From contig MU058636.1 of assembly GCA_013265495.1 (NCBI GenBank), positions 4,251,741-4,315,740 of the forward strand: DNA of 64,000 bases, read 5' to 3'. A model generated the notes under the pieces. It was not told where the DNA came from. It made no database searches and saw nothing but the letters and a program-made list of their open reading frames with translations. Shown piece after piece: positions 12,556 through 23,519 of this stretch. Both the position numbers and the translations under genes were made by a program. The first letter of the stretch is position 1. Every line of letters begins with the position of its first letter. Source of the stretch: Vicugna vicugna (Eukaryota).

Positions 12556-13258
12556 CTTCATGGAGACTGAAAAGTGATTAAATGTATCATCATGTAAAAA
12601 TTATACTTCACATCAATAGAATATTTTCCTTTCTCAAACCACCCAATGATTTCACATTTAAATAATTCAGAATTTTTATGGAGTGCTCTCTGCAATGTTT
12701 TTGACCTGTGCAAGCTCAAAAAAAAAATACATTCATTGAATCTATCAGCAAGAAGTATTAATCATATTTTTCCTTGAGATTAGCACTCGAAGAAGTGTCT
12801 GTTAGATTAGCACTTGATTCTAATTTCAGTTATACATTTTCTTGCCAACATTTCCCAAAATGTATTTCCGAATTGCGTTTATGAAGAAGTGGGCGGCTTT
12901 GATATGATTTCACTTTTCACAGTGAAAAACACCACCTGATACTGGGAGAGGGTCCCAATGTCACACTTGATAGACGGTGGTGATTTCCATTTGTTGAAAT
13001 TGGCTTCTTTTACTTTACTTCTAGCTCTCCAGTGAGTTAATAGATATTCTGTTTTTTTTTTTAAAAGAATCTTGCTGGCAAACAATTTGGAAAAATGATG
13101 GGTTGACAAAATTAAACCAGTCTCCTTATAGCATTCAGACCATTCAACTTGTTGACATGAATTTCATCCTCCTGTACAGGAGTGGTGTGCACTGCGAAGG
13201 GAGGTGCCTGCTGCCAAGTCAGTAGGTTACCCCCTGCCAACACCACCCCCCTTTCCCG

Positions 13259-13284
13259 ACACACACACACACACACACACACAC
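13259..13284. repeat. (CA)n microsatellite
   Basis: Direct run of ac repeats. Confidence 0.95.
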
Positions 13285-13959
13285 AGAGACACGGCTCTCA
13301 CAGTGAGTAATAAGGCAATGAGAGTTTTGGCCAAAGCAATTCTTTCTGTATCTGGTATGTAGAGACTAAGCCAAACCATTTTTGTTTCAAGAAGCAGAGA
13401 GGACAGATTTTGAACTAATCCAAAAATGTTCAGTCCACAGCCATTTATAGCTCAATTTTAAAAAGGACTCTTTACAAAGAAGATAAGCAAAAATGGAAAG
13501 GACTTTCTCTAAGTAAAAATGGAAAGGACTTTTTCTGGAGGTCACGGGCTTTGGTCCTGGGAAGTGATCGCACAAAGGCAATCAGGAAGTAAAGGAACCG
13601 GGAACTCTGAGCATTTCCCATGGGAAAGGTAGGATGTGATTTTTTGTTCAGGGCCTGACTGTCACTGCAGCTCCCTTGTGAAGAGCAGGAGCTTACTCAG
13701 TGATGGTCTTCATGGGAGGACCCTGCCATCCAGTCATTTTTCTGGGAGTGTGGGCTGGCACCCACATGGTGGGGGATGAAGCTAACCTGTATGGCCCTGG
13801 GCCCAGGCTAAGTATAGACCAGAGAAAGGGGTAGCCTTCTCTCTGGGGCCTAGTCCTAACTCAGCTCCACCCACCTCCACCACCAGGGACACCTGGCCCA
13901 GCCTGGCCCCGTGTACTGTCCACAGAACAAAGCAGAATTAAGGCGGCAGAATTTAGAGG

Positions 13960-14490
13960 TTAAGAGCATGGCCTTTGGAGTCAAACAACCTGGTTTGGAC
14001 TCTTGAACAAGTGGCATCTTAGTTTCTCCAACCTAAAATGATCTTAAGAGCTGGAGAGACACAGGAGTTAGCTCATGTAAAACAACCCACAAACGTTATG
14101 ATAAGTAATGCTTAACATTGTTACAGCAGATTTAATTTTTGAAGTATTTCCTAACCTATTACCTTACTTGAGTCTCATAACAACCCTATAAATTAGGTAG
14201 GGCAAATGTAGAGAATTATACTTTTTTCCCCCTGAGATGTGAGGAAACTGAGGTACAAAGCAATCGAGTGACTTGGGTATTTAAGAGCTTTCGAGTCAGG
14301 GAGAACCCCCTTTTGGATCTGAGTCTAACACCATTAGCCCTGTGATCTTTAGCAAGTAACTTAACCTGTCTGAGCCTTTATTTCCTCATCTCTAAAATGG
14401 AAGTAATCATAATATTTACCTCATAAAGTTGTTGTAAGAAATCAAAGAGTTAGTACATAAAAAACACTTATAACAATGCCTGGCAAGTAA
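13960..14490. mobile_element. Cluster of MIR fragments
   Basis: ggttaagagcatggcctttggagtcaaac; gaggaaactgagg; acttaacctgtctgagcctttatttcctcatctctaaaatgg. Confidence 0.75.
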
Positions 14491-15469
14491 GAACTAGTCA
14501 TTTTATTTATTTATTTTTTAAGAACTAGTCATTTTAATTGTTGCTTTTACTATTTCTCCCGTTGTTAGTTATATTCTTTTCCTACTGCCCCAATTCTTGG
14601 TGTAGTACTTGACATATAAATGGTGATCAGTAATATTTTGTTGAATGAAAATGCTGTAAGATTTCAGAAAAGAAGGAGATCATGAAAACTGGGAAGGCTC
14701 TACAAGGTTTTATGAAGGAGGTGGGGCTTGGATTGGCTTCACAGATGCCTAGAATTTAAATATGTAATAGGAAACATTTTTGTAGGTAACAGAAGAGAGA
14801 TTACATACTATACATATACTCCAGGATTACATATTATATATTTGCTCTTGGATTTAACACATTCTACATTATATTATTTAATTTCCTCCATTTGTAGTTA
14901 ATTGATGGCAAAACCTATTTAAACTTATCTTACACTTACATCTTTTATGTGTTTGCTATAAATTCTAGTTGACATAATCAGAAATCAAACTGAACTCATC
15001 ATCATTATAAGATATGGAAAAAAATCACACCAAACAGCCTTAGGGATATCGTGTTTAGCTGCATTAGAAGAAATGACCCACAATAATTTCAATAATTTTA
15101 CAAAGAACTTTCATTTATCTAAATTTTATTTTTTCTAAGTGAATCAAATTATAGCTCTGCTTCTCTTAGTAGCTTGGTGTTTTGTTTTGTTTTGTTTTGT
15201 TTTAGTTTCCAGGCAAAACCTCTATGTTTAATCTGCCTGGAGTGAAACGCCTTCTTCACATGTCAGAAATAGTTATTAGTATGTTTTTCACTTATCATTT
15301 GCTACCAGCCCTAAAGTATCTTAATTTCTTTGTTCAAATGTCTGCCATTGCCAGTGAGGGTGCATTAAGGATATTGTAACATAATTAACACCAAATGTTC
15401 TTCAGAAAATAAAAAGGGTGGTTTTTATTCTCTTTTTAAGTCTACATTTGTAGTCTGTCCCATGCTATG

Positions 15470-16261
15470 CCTCAATATCCAAACAAAAATGAAAAAACAT
15501 AGGCAACCAGCTGAATGTTTGATCTCTCTGATGTTGGTGCCAGATCATCTAGTCATTTCTAATGCTCCAGATGATCAACACTTCCCATCTGAGATCCACA
15601 CCATCAGACTTGACCTCTTGCTGCTCCTCTTTGTGGCTGTCATCTGTAGCCCCCTCCCCACTCCTCATTTGTTGATGATTTTATCAGCTGAGCTCTTTCT
15701 TATTCCTGTCATCATTCTTAATAAGTTCAACATCAACATAGACCACTGATTCAAATTTTCTCAAATCCTTGGGCTCTTTGCTTCTGACAATGTGTTTCTT
15801 CTTCCCACCTCAGCATCTCTTTCTGCAATCTTTTAAAAGCCTTCCCCTTCGTAACCACATCTTTCCCATCGATCTCTCCTACCCTGAGTGCCCACTCCAG
15901 AAATTCTCAGACCTGCCAAAGTATTGACCTGACCCTTTCCTACTACCAACCTTCCCTTTGGGCTTGTACCCTTTCTTATTCAGCATAGACTCCACAGACC
16001 ATGATTAGAAACTTAACCCCCTCACTCCTCCCTCCCTCACCACTAACCTTGCAAATCTGAAACCCTACTTAAGCTCCGCTATCCATCTGCTTCCCACCTG
16101 CACCCAAGCAACTCAAAAGTGCTGCAGAAAATACACAATCAAGCAGACTTGCTTCTCTTTAAGTTTATAGTGACAATCTCAAATGAGCACGTTTCTCATA
16201 TGCATACTTGTCCACTTTCCAAAAAGACAATTTCCTGTCTTCTCTTTTTTGCTCAACTCTA

Positions 16262-16300
<39 letters not shown>

Positions 16301-16410
16301 GAGTTTTCTCCTCTCTGTAATCTTTGCTTTCACCAGTGACCTTGCTTCATATTCTACTAAAAAAGAAATAGTCAATCAGATAGGCACAGAATTGATTCAC
16401 TTTTCCTAAA
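15470..16410 (+). mobile_element. L2 ORF2 internal fragment
   Basis: Pyrimidine-rich L2-like sequence (gctgcagaaaatacacaatcaagcagacttgcttctctttaag). Contains (CA)n at about 16265-16300. Confidence 0.6.
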
Positions 16411-16539
16411 CAAACCTAGATTAAGAACTTTGCTCTTAGGTATAATGATGAATCAAGATATAGACTATGTTTAATAAAAGTATCATTACATTTTTTGTTT
16501 ACTTGAGTTTGTGAATTGGCAACATTATATCTTCAGTAA

Positions 16540-16940
16540 AAGCAAGACACTTGACAGTGTCTTTTCAATCTTCATTAAAATATATTTTTAAAATATTGTA
16601 CATGATAGTATAATTAGGTGTGTTCCTACCTGGTTGAATTAAAAAGAAATCCGGCATTATTTGAAGGATCAGTGGTAACAAGAGATGATCTGCAGGGTCA
16701 CAGAGCTCTGTTCATGAATCTGTCTCTTTCCTATTTTATGGATGAAGGTACACAGATGCTAGAAAGTTGGAGAAAAAACTAATATGTTGGATGAAAAAAT
16801 GTTGAAAGATTTAACATGCTAAAACAATTAACTGAAACAAATAAGGTGAAATTTAACAAGGATAAATATAAAATCCTTCATTTGGCTTTAAAAACAAATT
16901 TATAATAAAGTACAGGATGGACAACACTAAATTAACAGAA
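16540..16940 (+). mobile_element. CR1/L3 LINE RT 3' fragment
   Basis: aaggtgaaatttaacaaggataaatataaaatccttcatttgg...aagtacaggatgg, typical of CR1. Confidence 0.7.
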
Positions 16941-17179
16941 ATAAATGCACAGAGTAATCTTTCATTAACAAAGAAACATGTTCATCACAAAGAAAGCAAT
17001 AGACCAACCATCGTAGGCACAGGCCAGACCTCAGCAAAGGAACCAGATTTAATTCTGGGGAATTTATTTCAAGAGTGTAAAATTTACAGCATGTGAAATG
17101 AAGGCGAGGCAGGATAATGAAGAATGGAAACGTTGTGCGAAAAACAAGCTCTGCAGTGACTGAAAGACAGATCTAAGAC

Positions 17180-17301
17180 CGCCTGGCATGGTTGAATCTG
17201 GTGTCCTTCATGCGCAAGTTCAAATCCCAGCTCTGCCAGTGATTCGCCTTGTAAACTTGGGCAAGTTACTCCCATCTCCAAGCCTCAGTAGCTTCATTTA
17301 C

Positions 17302-17335
<34 letters not shown>

Positions 17336-17440
17336 TACTGTTTCATGACAATGGTATGAAAACCAAATGAGAGAATCCATTTGAAGCAATCATCCCATTC
17401 CTGGAGCAAAACACACGTTAAATAAACATTTGCTACTGCG
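17180..17440 (+). mobile_element. MIR containing a poly(A) run (17303-17333)
   Basis: ttcaaatcccagctctgcc...ttgggcaagttact...agcctcagt core. Confidence 0.75.
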
Positions 17441-17949
17441 CAGAGGCAGAACTAGCAGAGGTGTAGGAGAAAAGCAGGTTGTTATTACAGAGCCTGAAGT
17501 TGGTACTTGTAAAGTTCAGTACTTTTTATGTTCGTAAAATATTGCTCTATTTCACTCAGTTAATTTGGGAGGGTTTTTTTCCCCCCCAACTCCAGACAGT
17601 TTTAGTCCTGGTTAGGCAGAAAGTTCAAAAGAGCTGTATTCCTTTCGACCTGTGGGCCAGAGAGCAGAGGGAGAGAAGTGTCTGAAACACATGAGGTGTT
17701 GTGGTGATGAGACCCATCATGGGTGACAAACACAGGGGACCATAGTCAGGAACTGCTAAGTTTCTGTCTCCCAGGGTCTCTTTCGGAAACCTTTGCTTCC
17801 ATCTTGAGGTTATGAGTTTTGTTTATGTGAAGGTGGCTTTTCCTTACCTGCTGCATCAAGGTGAGTGGATACTGAGCTTGGGGACAGAAAGTGACATCCC
17901 GTGGGGGAAACCTAAATAAACCATTTGATGTAACGGACCCCTCTACCCC

Positions 17950-18490
17950 CTGCAAACTGCGCAGCACTGCCCAGGCCGAGAGCGGGAGCCTTTCCTATGA
18001 CCTCTCAGGAATTACAGTTCAGTGCCTTCCTTACCTCTCCAACAAATAGGGAGCTTTCACCCTCCTCCGTTTCAAGTTGGGCCCCCAAAAGCATCCTTCA
18101 GCCCAGGGTCATTGGAGCCAATAGAAGGAGACTGAGTTCCGTACACAAGCAAAGGAAGACTATTCTTTTATCAGAAAACGAAGAGGTGTGAGCTCGCCCT
18201 AGAGTGACAGGCCGTGGGCGGGGCTGCTTTACAGGGATCTGGTCCGCGGGGAGGAGGGGGCGGTCCCTCGGGCCGCGCAGGCGCAGGCGCAGCTGTGCCG
18301 CTCACGCTGGCTCCAGAGGCGGAGCCGGGCGCCGCCTCGCTGCGCACGGCCCGCCGCCGCCATCTTGGATTCGGCACCTGCGCAGCGCTTCTGCCCGCGG
18401 CCGGAGCTGAGGTGGCCGGAGCTGAGGGGTCTGGAGCAGCCCTTTCACACCGGTAACTCCAGTCTGAAGTGTCAGGTGCGAGGCCTCTGC
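17950..18490 (+). promoter_or_regulatory. CpG-island-like promoter (CCAAT, GC boxes, NRF1-like, YY1-like) with putative first exon
   Basis: ATTGG and CCAAT at 18111-18122, GGGCGGGG at 18216, tandem GCGCAGGCGCAGGCGCAG at 18275-18292, CCGCCATCTTG at 18357-18367, and donor candidates CG|GTAACT (18453) and AG|GTGCGA (18476). Confidence 0.6.
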
Positions 18491-20025
18491 ATGAGGCTTC
18501 CTCTGAACCAGTGAAATGATGAAGCACAAAGGAAAAGAAAAAAAAAAAGTTAGGCTTTATGTTGTGACTCAGATTCTATTTTTATTTCCCGGGTATTTGC
18601 TGGTGGCATTTTGACCTACGCCCCTCTCAGTGGTGTTAATAGTGCTCTCCTTAGGCTGGCCCCGTAGGAGAAAGAGCAGTGCTAATTACTCCTTCTGGAA
18701 GAGCACAGCCTGCAAAACTAGCAGGAATCCTCAACTCGTGGGCCCAGACCTCCCCTGACGGGCCCTGCAATCCTGCTGGGCATGTTTCCACTCTCCCCTA
18801 GTCCCTCAGATCCCTATCTGTCTTTTTAAAAAAATACGTCTTTCCTGCCTTCTTCCCTGTTAGTCTCACTTTACTTTGTCCTTTAGACTCAAACTTCTTG
18901 AAAGAGTGGTCCTCTGGGCCAGGGAGATGCAGTCGCATTGGCCATGTTCCGTCCTTCAGGCGGGGGGTGGTGGTCGTCACTATGTTTCATGACTTACAAG
19001 TATGTTACATATGTGCTTTTGAAAACATCAAGTAAGGCAAAAGGAAAACAGAGTGGCCCCATGAGTTCCTGTTGCTTCAGTGCCTAGTCATTCCTGACCC
19101 CACTAGAATCTGGACCCCCTGCCCAGCATTACACTGAAACTTCTCTGCTAATGTAACCAGTGGCCTTATGTGTCTGTGCTTACTTCACTGGAATTCTCTG
19201 AGACGTTTGATGCAATTAAGACTACATGATTCTTGGAACCCTTTCCTTTCTTGTTCTCTGGACAACCTCTCTCCTTCATAGTTGGCCCTTTTCTGAATCT
19301 TTTTCCCCAGATTTTCTTTTTTCTACTTAACCCCTGTAGCAGATAGTATTGATTAGCTAATCAACACTCATTCCCACTCCCCAGGAACCGTGGCAGCCCC
19401 TGCTTCACTACACTGATCAGCAGTACAAAGGGCAAGGTAGCCACTCAGAACAGGCCTGTGAGACCTGCAAGGTGCCAGGAGGCCATCAAGGATGTGGATG
19501 AAGACCCTTTCCCCGGATTCAGTCCTGATGTCGATATCCGATTTAAAGGATATATTCAGGCAGTCAGTTCACGAATAAGAAACTCAGCCCCTAGAAACTT
19601 GGCTTCAGTTTGTTGGGCAGACGGGCTCCTACTCCCTACCCCAGGTAATGTTTCCTGCTCTTTGATGCCTGGGTTTCCTTGACCCTCCTATGATCAGCAG
19701 CAGATCCTGAGTTTATGCACAGGCCCAAGCTTAGGAAGGTGTGGGGGAAGAATCAGCAGGTGTCAGGTTGGGAATCCCCCCCCAGTCGTTGGACAGTTGG
19801 GGAGGGCACATGGCAGCCGTGGTCACTGACTTTGCTTGCACCCACTGCAGAGGGTGATCTGCAGAGTCCCTTCAGCACATTGCTTGTCCATGAAGAGGCA
19901 TAATGCTGGGGGAAGGCAGGCTGGGCTCGGGAAGGGAGCTGGCTGCAGCCTGGCTGGGACTTCTCCGTCTGGAGGCCGCAGCTCCCTCTGTGAGGGCAGG
20001 AAGGAGGAAGCAGTGAGTGAATGTA

Positions 20026-20246
20026 CAGTTGACCCTTGAACAACATAGGGGTTAGAGGCGCCCCCCTTGTGGGCAGCTGAAACTTCAAGTATAACTTCAC
20101 AGTCAGCCCTCCAAATCTGCCAGTCCACATCCACGGATACAACCAACCCCAGATCGTTTAGTACGGATTTGTTGAAGAAAAAAAAAACAAACTGGCATAG
20201 ATGTGGACCCTTGCAGTTGAAATCCATGTTGTTCAAGGGTCAACCG
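20026..20246. mobile_element. Tigger2/MER8-like Tc1-mariner MITE
   Basis: Terminal inverted repeats CAGTTGACCCTTGAACAACA...TGTTGTTCAAGGGTCAACCG, with TA on both sides. Confidence 0.9.
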
Positions 20247-21194
20247 TATACAAAATTCACAGCGCATGTGACAGCATTCCTGGGGAGGATAACTTTTTAT
20301 TCAAATATGTGAGCTGACTATAGGTCTGAGGCGCAAATGGATGGTATAGACTTGGCTTAATCTCAAGTGTTTTCATGAGGCTTTTTGGTAATTGGATAAA
20401 AGCTGAGATCTCCAGATCGCAAAAGGTATAGTCAGGAAAACAGAGAACGGGAAGAGGCTTTACAAATACAAACATGTAGACCTGGACTGAGAGGAGGCCT
20501 CAGTCACACCTAGGTTCTTACCCCCAAGGCAGGCTGGACTGGGCCATCTCCACACCATGGCAAGACAGTCATGTCTAAATTTATTAAAAAGTCAATTGAG
20601 TGTGTGTATTGGGGGGGGCTCACTATTCTCTCCAGAAAACCTGCACAACATAGAACGGAAGCAGATTGCCTTTCTCTTTCCTCCTGCTCCCGCCTTGAGC
20701 TGAGAGCGAGCAAACAGTCCAATTTCAGTTTCTCTCCTGTAACCCCGCTGATCTCCAGGCTGAAATAAGTGGGAGTTCTTCCATGCCCCAGGTCACTCAG
20801 ACAGGGAGAGAAGCAGGGGAAAGGGAATACGGGGGGAAATGTTTCTTTTAACTTAAAATGTCAGTCCAAGTCTCTCTCTGGCTTTCCTGGCAGAGGAGAT
20901 CTTGTGAGGCCTTAAACTGGACTGGCAGGCAGGGTAGGGGGATAAAGAAATTTATGTTTACATGTTTCCAGAAACCCTTCCTCATGGTCACTTAGTCAAT
21001 GGCCTGTCTCCAGGGCCTGCTCCTCTATTCTCACCAAGTCACTTCTGCCCTCTCCAGAGGCTGCCCCAGGCTGTGCTGTGTGCTCTGCCCAAGTGTGGAC
21101 TCAGGCACTGTTGAAAGACCCAGTTCACACTTGACAGGAACTGACTGAAGACTTTGGAGAATAACACAGCTTCACCTGGAAACAAGATGGATGC

Positions 21195-21350
21195 CTTAGG
21201 CTGCTCAGTCTGCCGTAACGGAGCACGCAGACTGGGTGGCTTAGATTTTCTTACAGTTCCAGGGGCTGGGACGTCCAAGATCAGGGTGCCTGGTGAGAGC
21301 CCACGCTTGGCTTGCAGCTGGCCATCTTCTTGTGTCCTTACGTGCCCGAG
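21195..21350 (-). mobile_element. MaLR LTR fragment (MLT1/MST-like)
   Basis: agactgggtggcttag...cagttccaggggctgggacgtccaagatcagggtgcc...gccatcttcttgtgtcct. Confidence 0.7.
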
Positions 21351-21819
21351 GTGCATAGCGTTTATTCCACGGATGCGAACCTTTTCTCGGAGTCAGCATG
21401 CCCCAGACCCTCCAAATGGATCCTCATGCTTACAGCTTTTCTCTGACCCTGGTGTGATGCTAAATTTTGTCCCTCAAGACATGTGCAGTGGGGGATATCT
21501 CCTTGAGAAATGTCCCTTCTGCATAGTGTCTAGTTGCCAATATGAGGAAAATGATAAAACTTTCCCTGTACACATAAGAACTGGATAAATGGAGAGAACC
21601 ACTGTATTCTCAGGTGGGACTACTGAACCTTTTAAAGATAAGGACCCTTTTATCTTAGAAGGTCAACATAATTACAATGTAAAAACCCCAGCATTTTTTG
21701 GAACTTTACAAATTGATTGCAAATTATTGAAAAGTAAATAGGCAAAGATTGCTTGAAATAGATCAATTATAAAGTAAACTATCGGGTTTCAAAATCTATT
21801 TTAAAGAAAGCTGATGATG

Positions 21820-22040
21820 ATAGTAACTAACATTTGTTGAGCACTTGTGTGTTGGGCATTATGCTAAGAACTTTCTGCACATTATTTTTTCTAAGCTTCA
21901 CAATAATGCTATGAAATAGGTACTGTTATTCATATTTTACAGAAGAAGGGACATAATTAAAGGGGTTGTTCAAAATCAATAACTTGTTCAAGATCAGACA
22001 GCTAATCAGCTGTGAGGCCGGGGTCTACCTGACTCCTGGG
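21820..22040 (-). mobile_element. MIR SINE
   Basis: aacatttgttgagcactt...atgctatgaaataggtactgttattcatattttacag. Confidence 0.7.
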
Positions 22041-22789
22041 CTTATCTCTTCCCCTCTCTGCACCAACAGGGAACCCGCCGGCTGCTGAGGAAATAGGCAG
22101 ATGAAGTAATAGAACAGAAAGCTGAGGGTAGTTTTCTTAGTTAAAATTGATGAAATAAGTCACCAGGAAAATGGTTCCAAAAATTTAACCCTATATTGTT
22201 GCAAACACACACATGTACAGCACTCAAAACACATACAAATGAAGGCTAAAATAAGTCAGAATGTCAGCAAATATAACAAAGAGGTGGAATGGGGTTAAGA
22301 TCAGAATTACAGTCTGCAGCTGGGAAAGGAAAACAAGTGCAAGCAGAATAGATTTGAGGCCTAGAAATACTTGGAGTAAATTTCTAGCACGGTATCAGCT
22401 CCCATTTTTACTTACTTGGCTGAAAAGACCAGGGGTTAAGCAGACTGTGTGTGAGAGGGCATACTGAAATAATTTGCCGCCTATTTTTACCCACTGAATT
22501 ATCTCCCCTTCTAGGGATCCACAGCCCCAACCCAGGGCAGATGAACAACCCCCAGAGGATGGGCATCTTCATGCTGGGACACAATCGTTAACTGGCTCAG
22601 AGGTGGGTGAGGCTCCCCACAAGTCGTCCACAAAACATGCTGTGGCACTGCCCCCAGGAAGGGAACAGCCAAGAGGCATGTGTCCAAGCCCGACCTTCCT
22701 TACGCTAGTATCCAGGGTGGTGATGGAAAGTGGGCCTGCTCCCACCAGGTTGATGCCCAGGTGGAGGGTGGCAGTGGTTGCAGGGACAG

Positions 22790-23030
22790 AGAGGGCCTGG
22801 AGCTTCATGGAGTGGGGAGCATATGGCAGAGAACTCCTGGTGAGGAGGTAGGGAGACAGCAGGAGCCAAGCTCCAAGCCCTCAGCACATGCTCCATTGTC
22901 CCATTGGACTTTATTTATAAAACACAGATTCAAAGGTGAAATGATTAAGAATCTGGAGGCTCCAGTCACAGAGCATTAAACCCCAAGCATAGGGCTTTTC
23001 TGAGCATAGGGTTCTGTGGGAAACTGTTCT
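22790..23030 (-). mobile_element. MER45-like hAT-Tip100 element
   Basis: attaagaat...cacagagcattaaaccccaagcatagggcttttctgagcatagggttctgtg. Confidence 0.55.
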
Positions 23031-23444
23031 GGTCCCAGGCCCTCTGAAGAGTTGAGTAGTTGAGACAGACCTTAGGACCCCTAAAATAGCTATAGAAGTA
23101 TTTTACAAAAATGCTCACAGACCCCTGGTTTAGAGGATTCTGATAGCTTGTTGGATTTTGGGTGGATCTGTGCTTTTCATTGGCTTGACAATTTTGCAAC
23201 TCTATAGAGTCAGAAATTAATTCTTAGGCCTGCTGACCATACCCTTCACAGGTGAAGATGTGATTGGTTGCTCTTCCATGAAAGAGGCCAGTTTTGCATC
23301 TAATCACAAAGGCATCTCCGCATTCCTGATTGTTTATGTCTGTGTCTGCTCTTTGGAGATGATCTAAATGAAATCTTCCATGCATGTTCATTCTATATTT
23401 GTATGGCCATCATGATTCACCTTTTTGGAAAAAAAAAAGTTGTG

Positions 23445-23519
23445 CTTTAACAGAATAGTGTTATTTATCCTTTAACAGATGATTGTTATTCATCCTTTGA
23501 CAGAATATTGTTATTTATC
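23445..23519. repeat. Tandem repeat, 3 x 25 bp
   Basis: ctttaacagaatagtgttatttatc / ctttaacagatgattgttattcatc / ctttgacagaatattgttatttatc. Confidence 0.9.

Larger units (their letters stand above)
11770..15460 (+). mobile_element. Decayed Penelope-like element, copy 3 (RT core and thumb), interrupted by MIR/L2
   Basis: Near-open frame from 12601 to 13030: KIHSLNLSARSI...LLD*HL...HFLANISQNVFPN...GGFDMISLFT. Then CWQT-(F)GKMMG (about 13070-13103), NFLHL*LIDGK (14880-14912), NSS*H (about 14960) and FFTYHLLPAL (15284-15313). Confidence 0.6.

Noticed and set aside
12835..12930. Resemblance of HFLANI...EEVGGFD to a class C GPCR (V2R) pseudogene
   Set aside because: The flanking KIH/RxI, SLFT and QxxGxxMG motifs fit PLE RT better, and there is no GPCR exon context.
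18229..18363. Minus-strand ORF starting at CAAGATGGCGGCG (MAAAGRAQRGG..., about 44 aa)
   Set aside because: Short and low-complexity with no recognisable homology. The ATG context is explained by the YY1 motif.
23445..23519. Three 25-bp repeats as a CRISPR-like array
   Set aside because: No spacers and eukaryotic DNA; this is a simple minisatellite.
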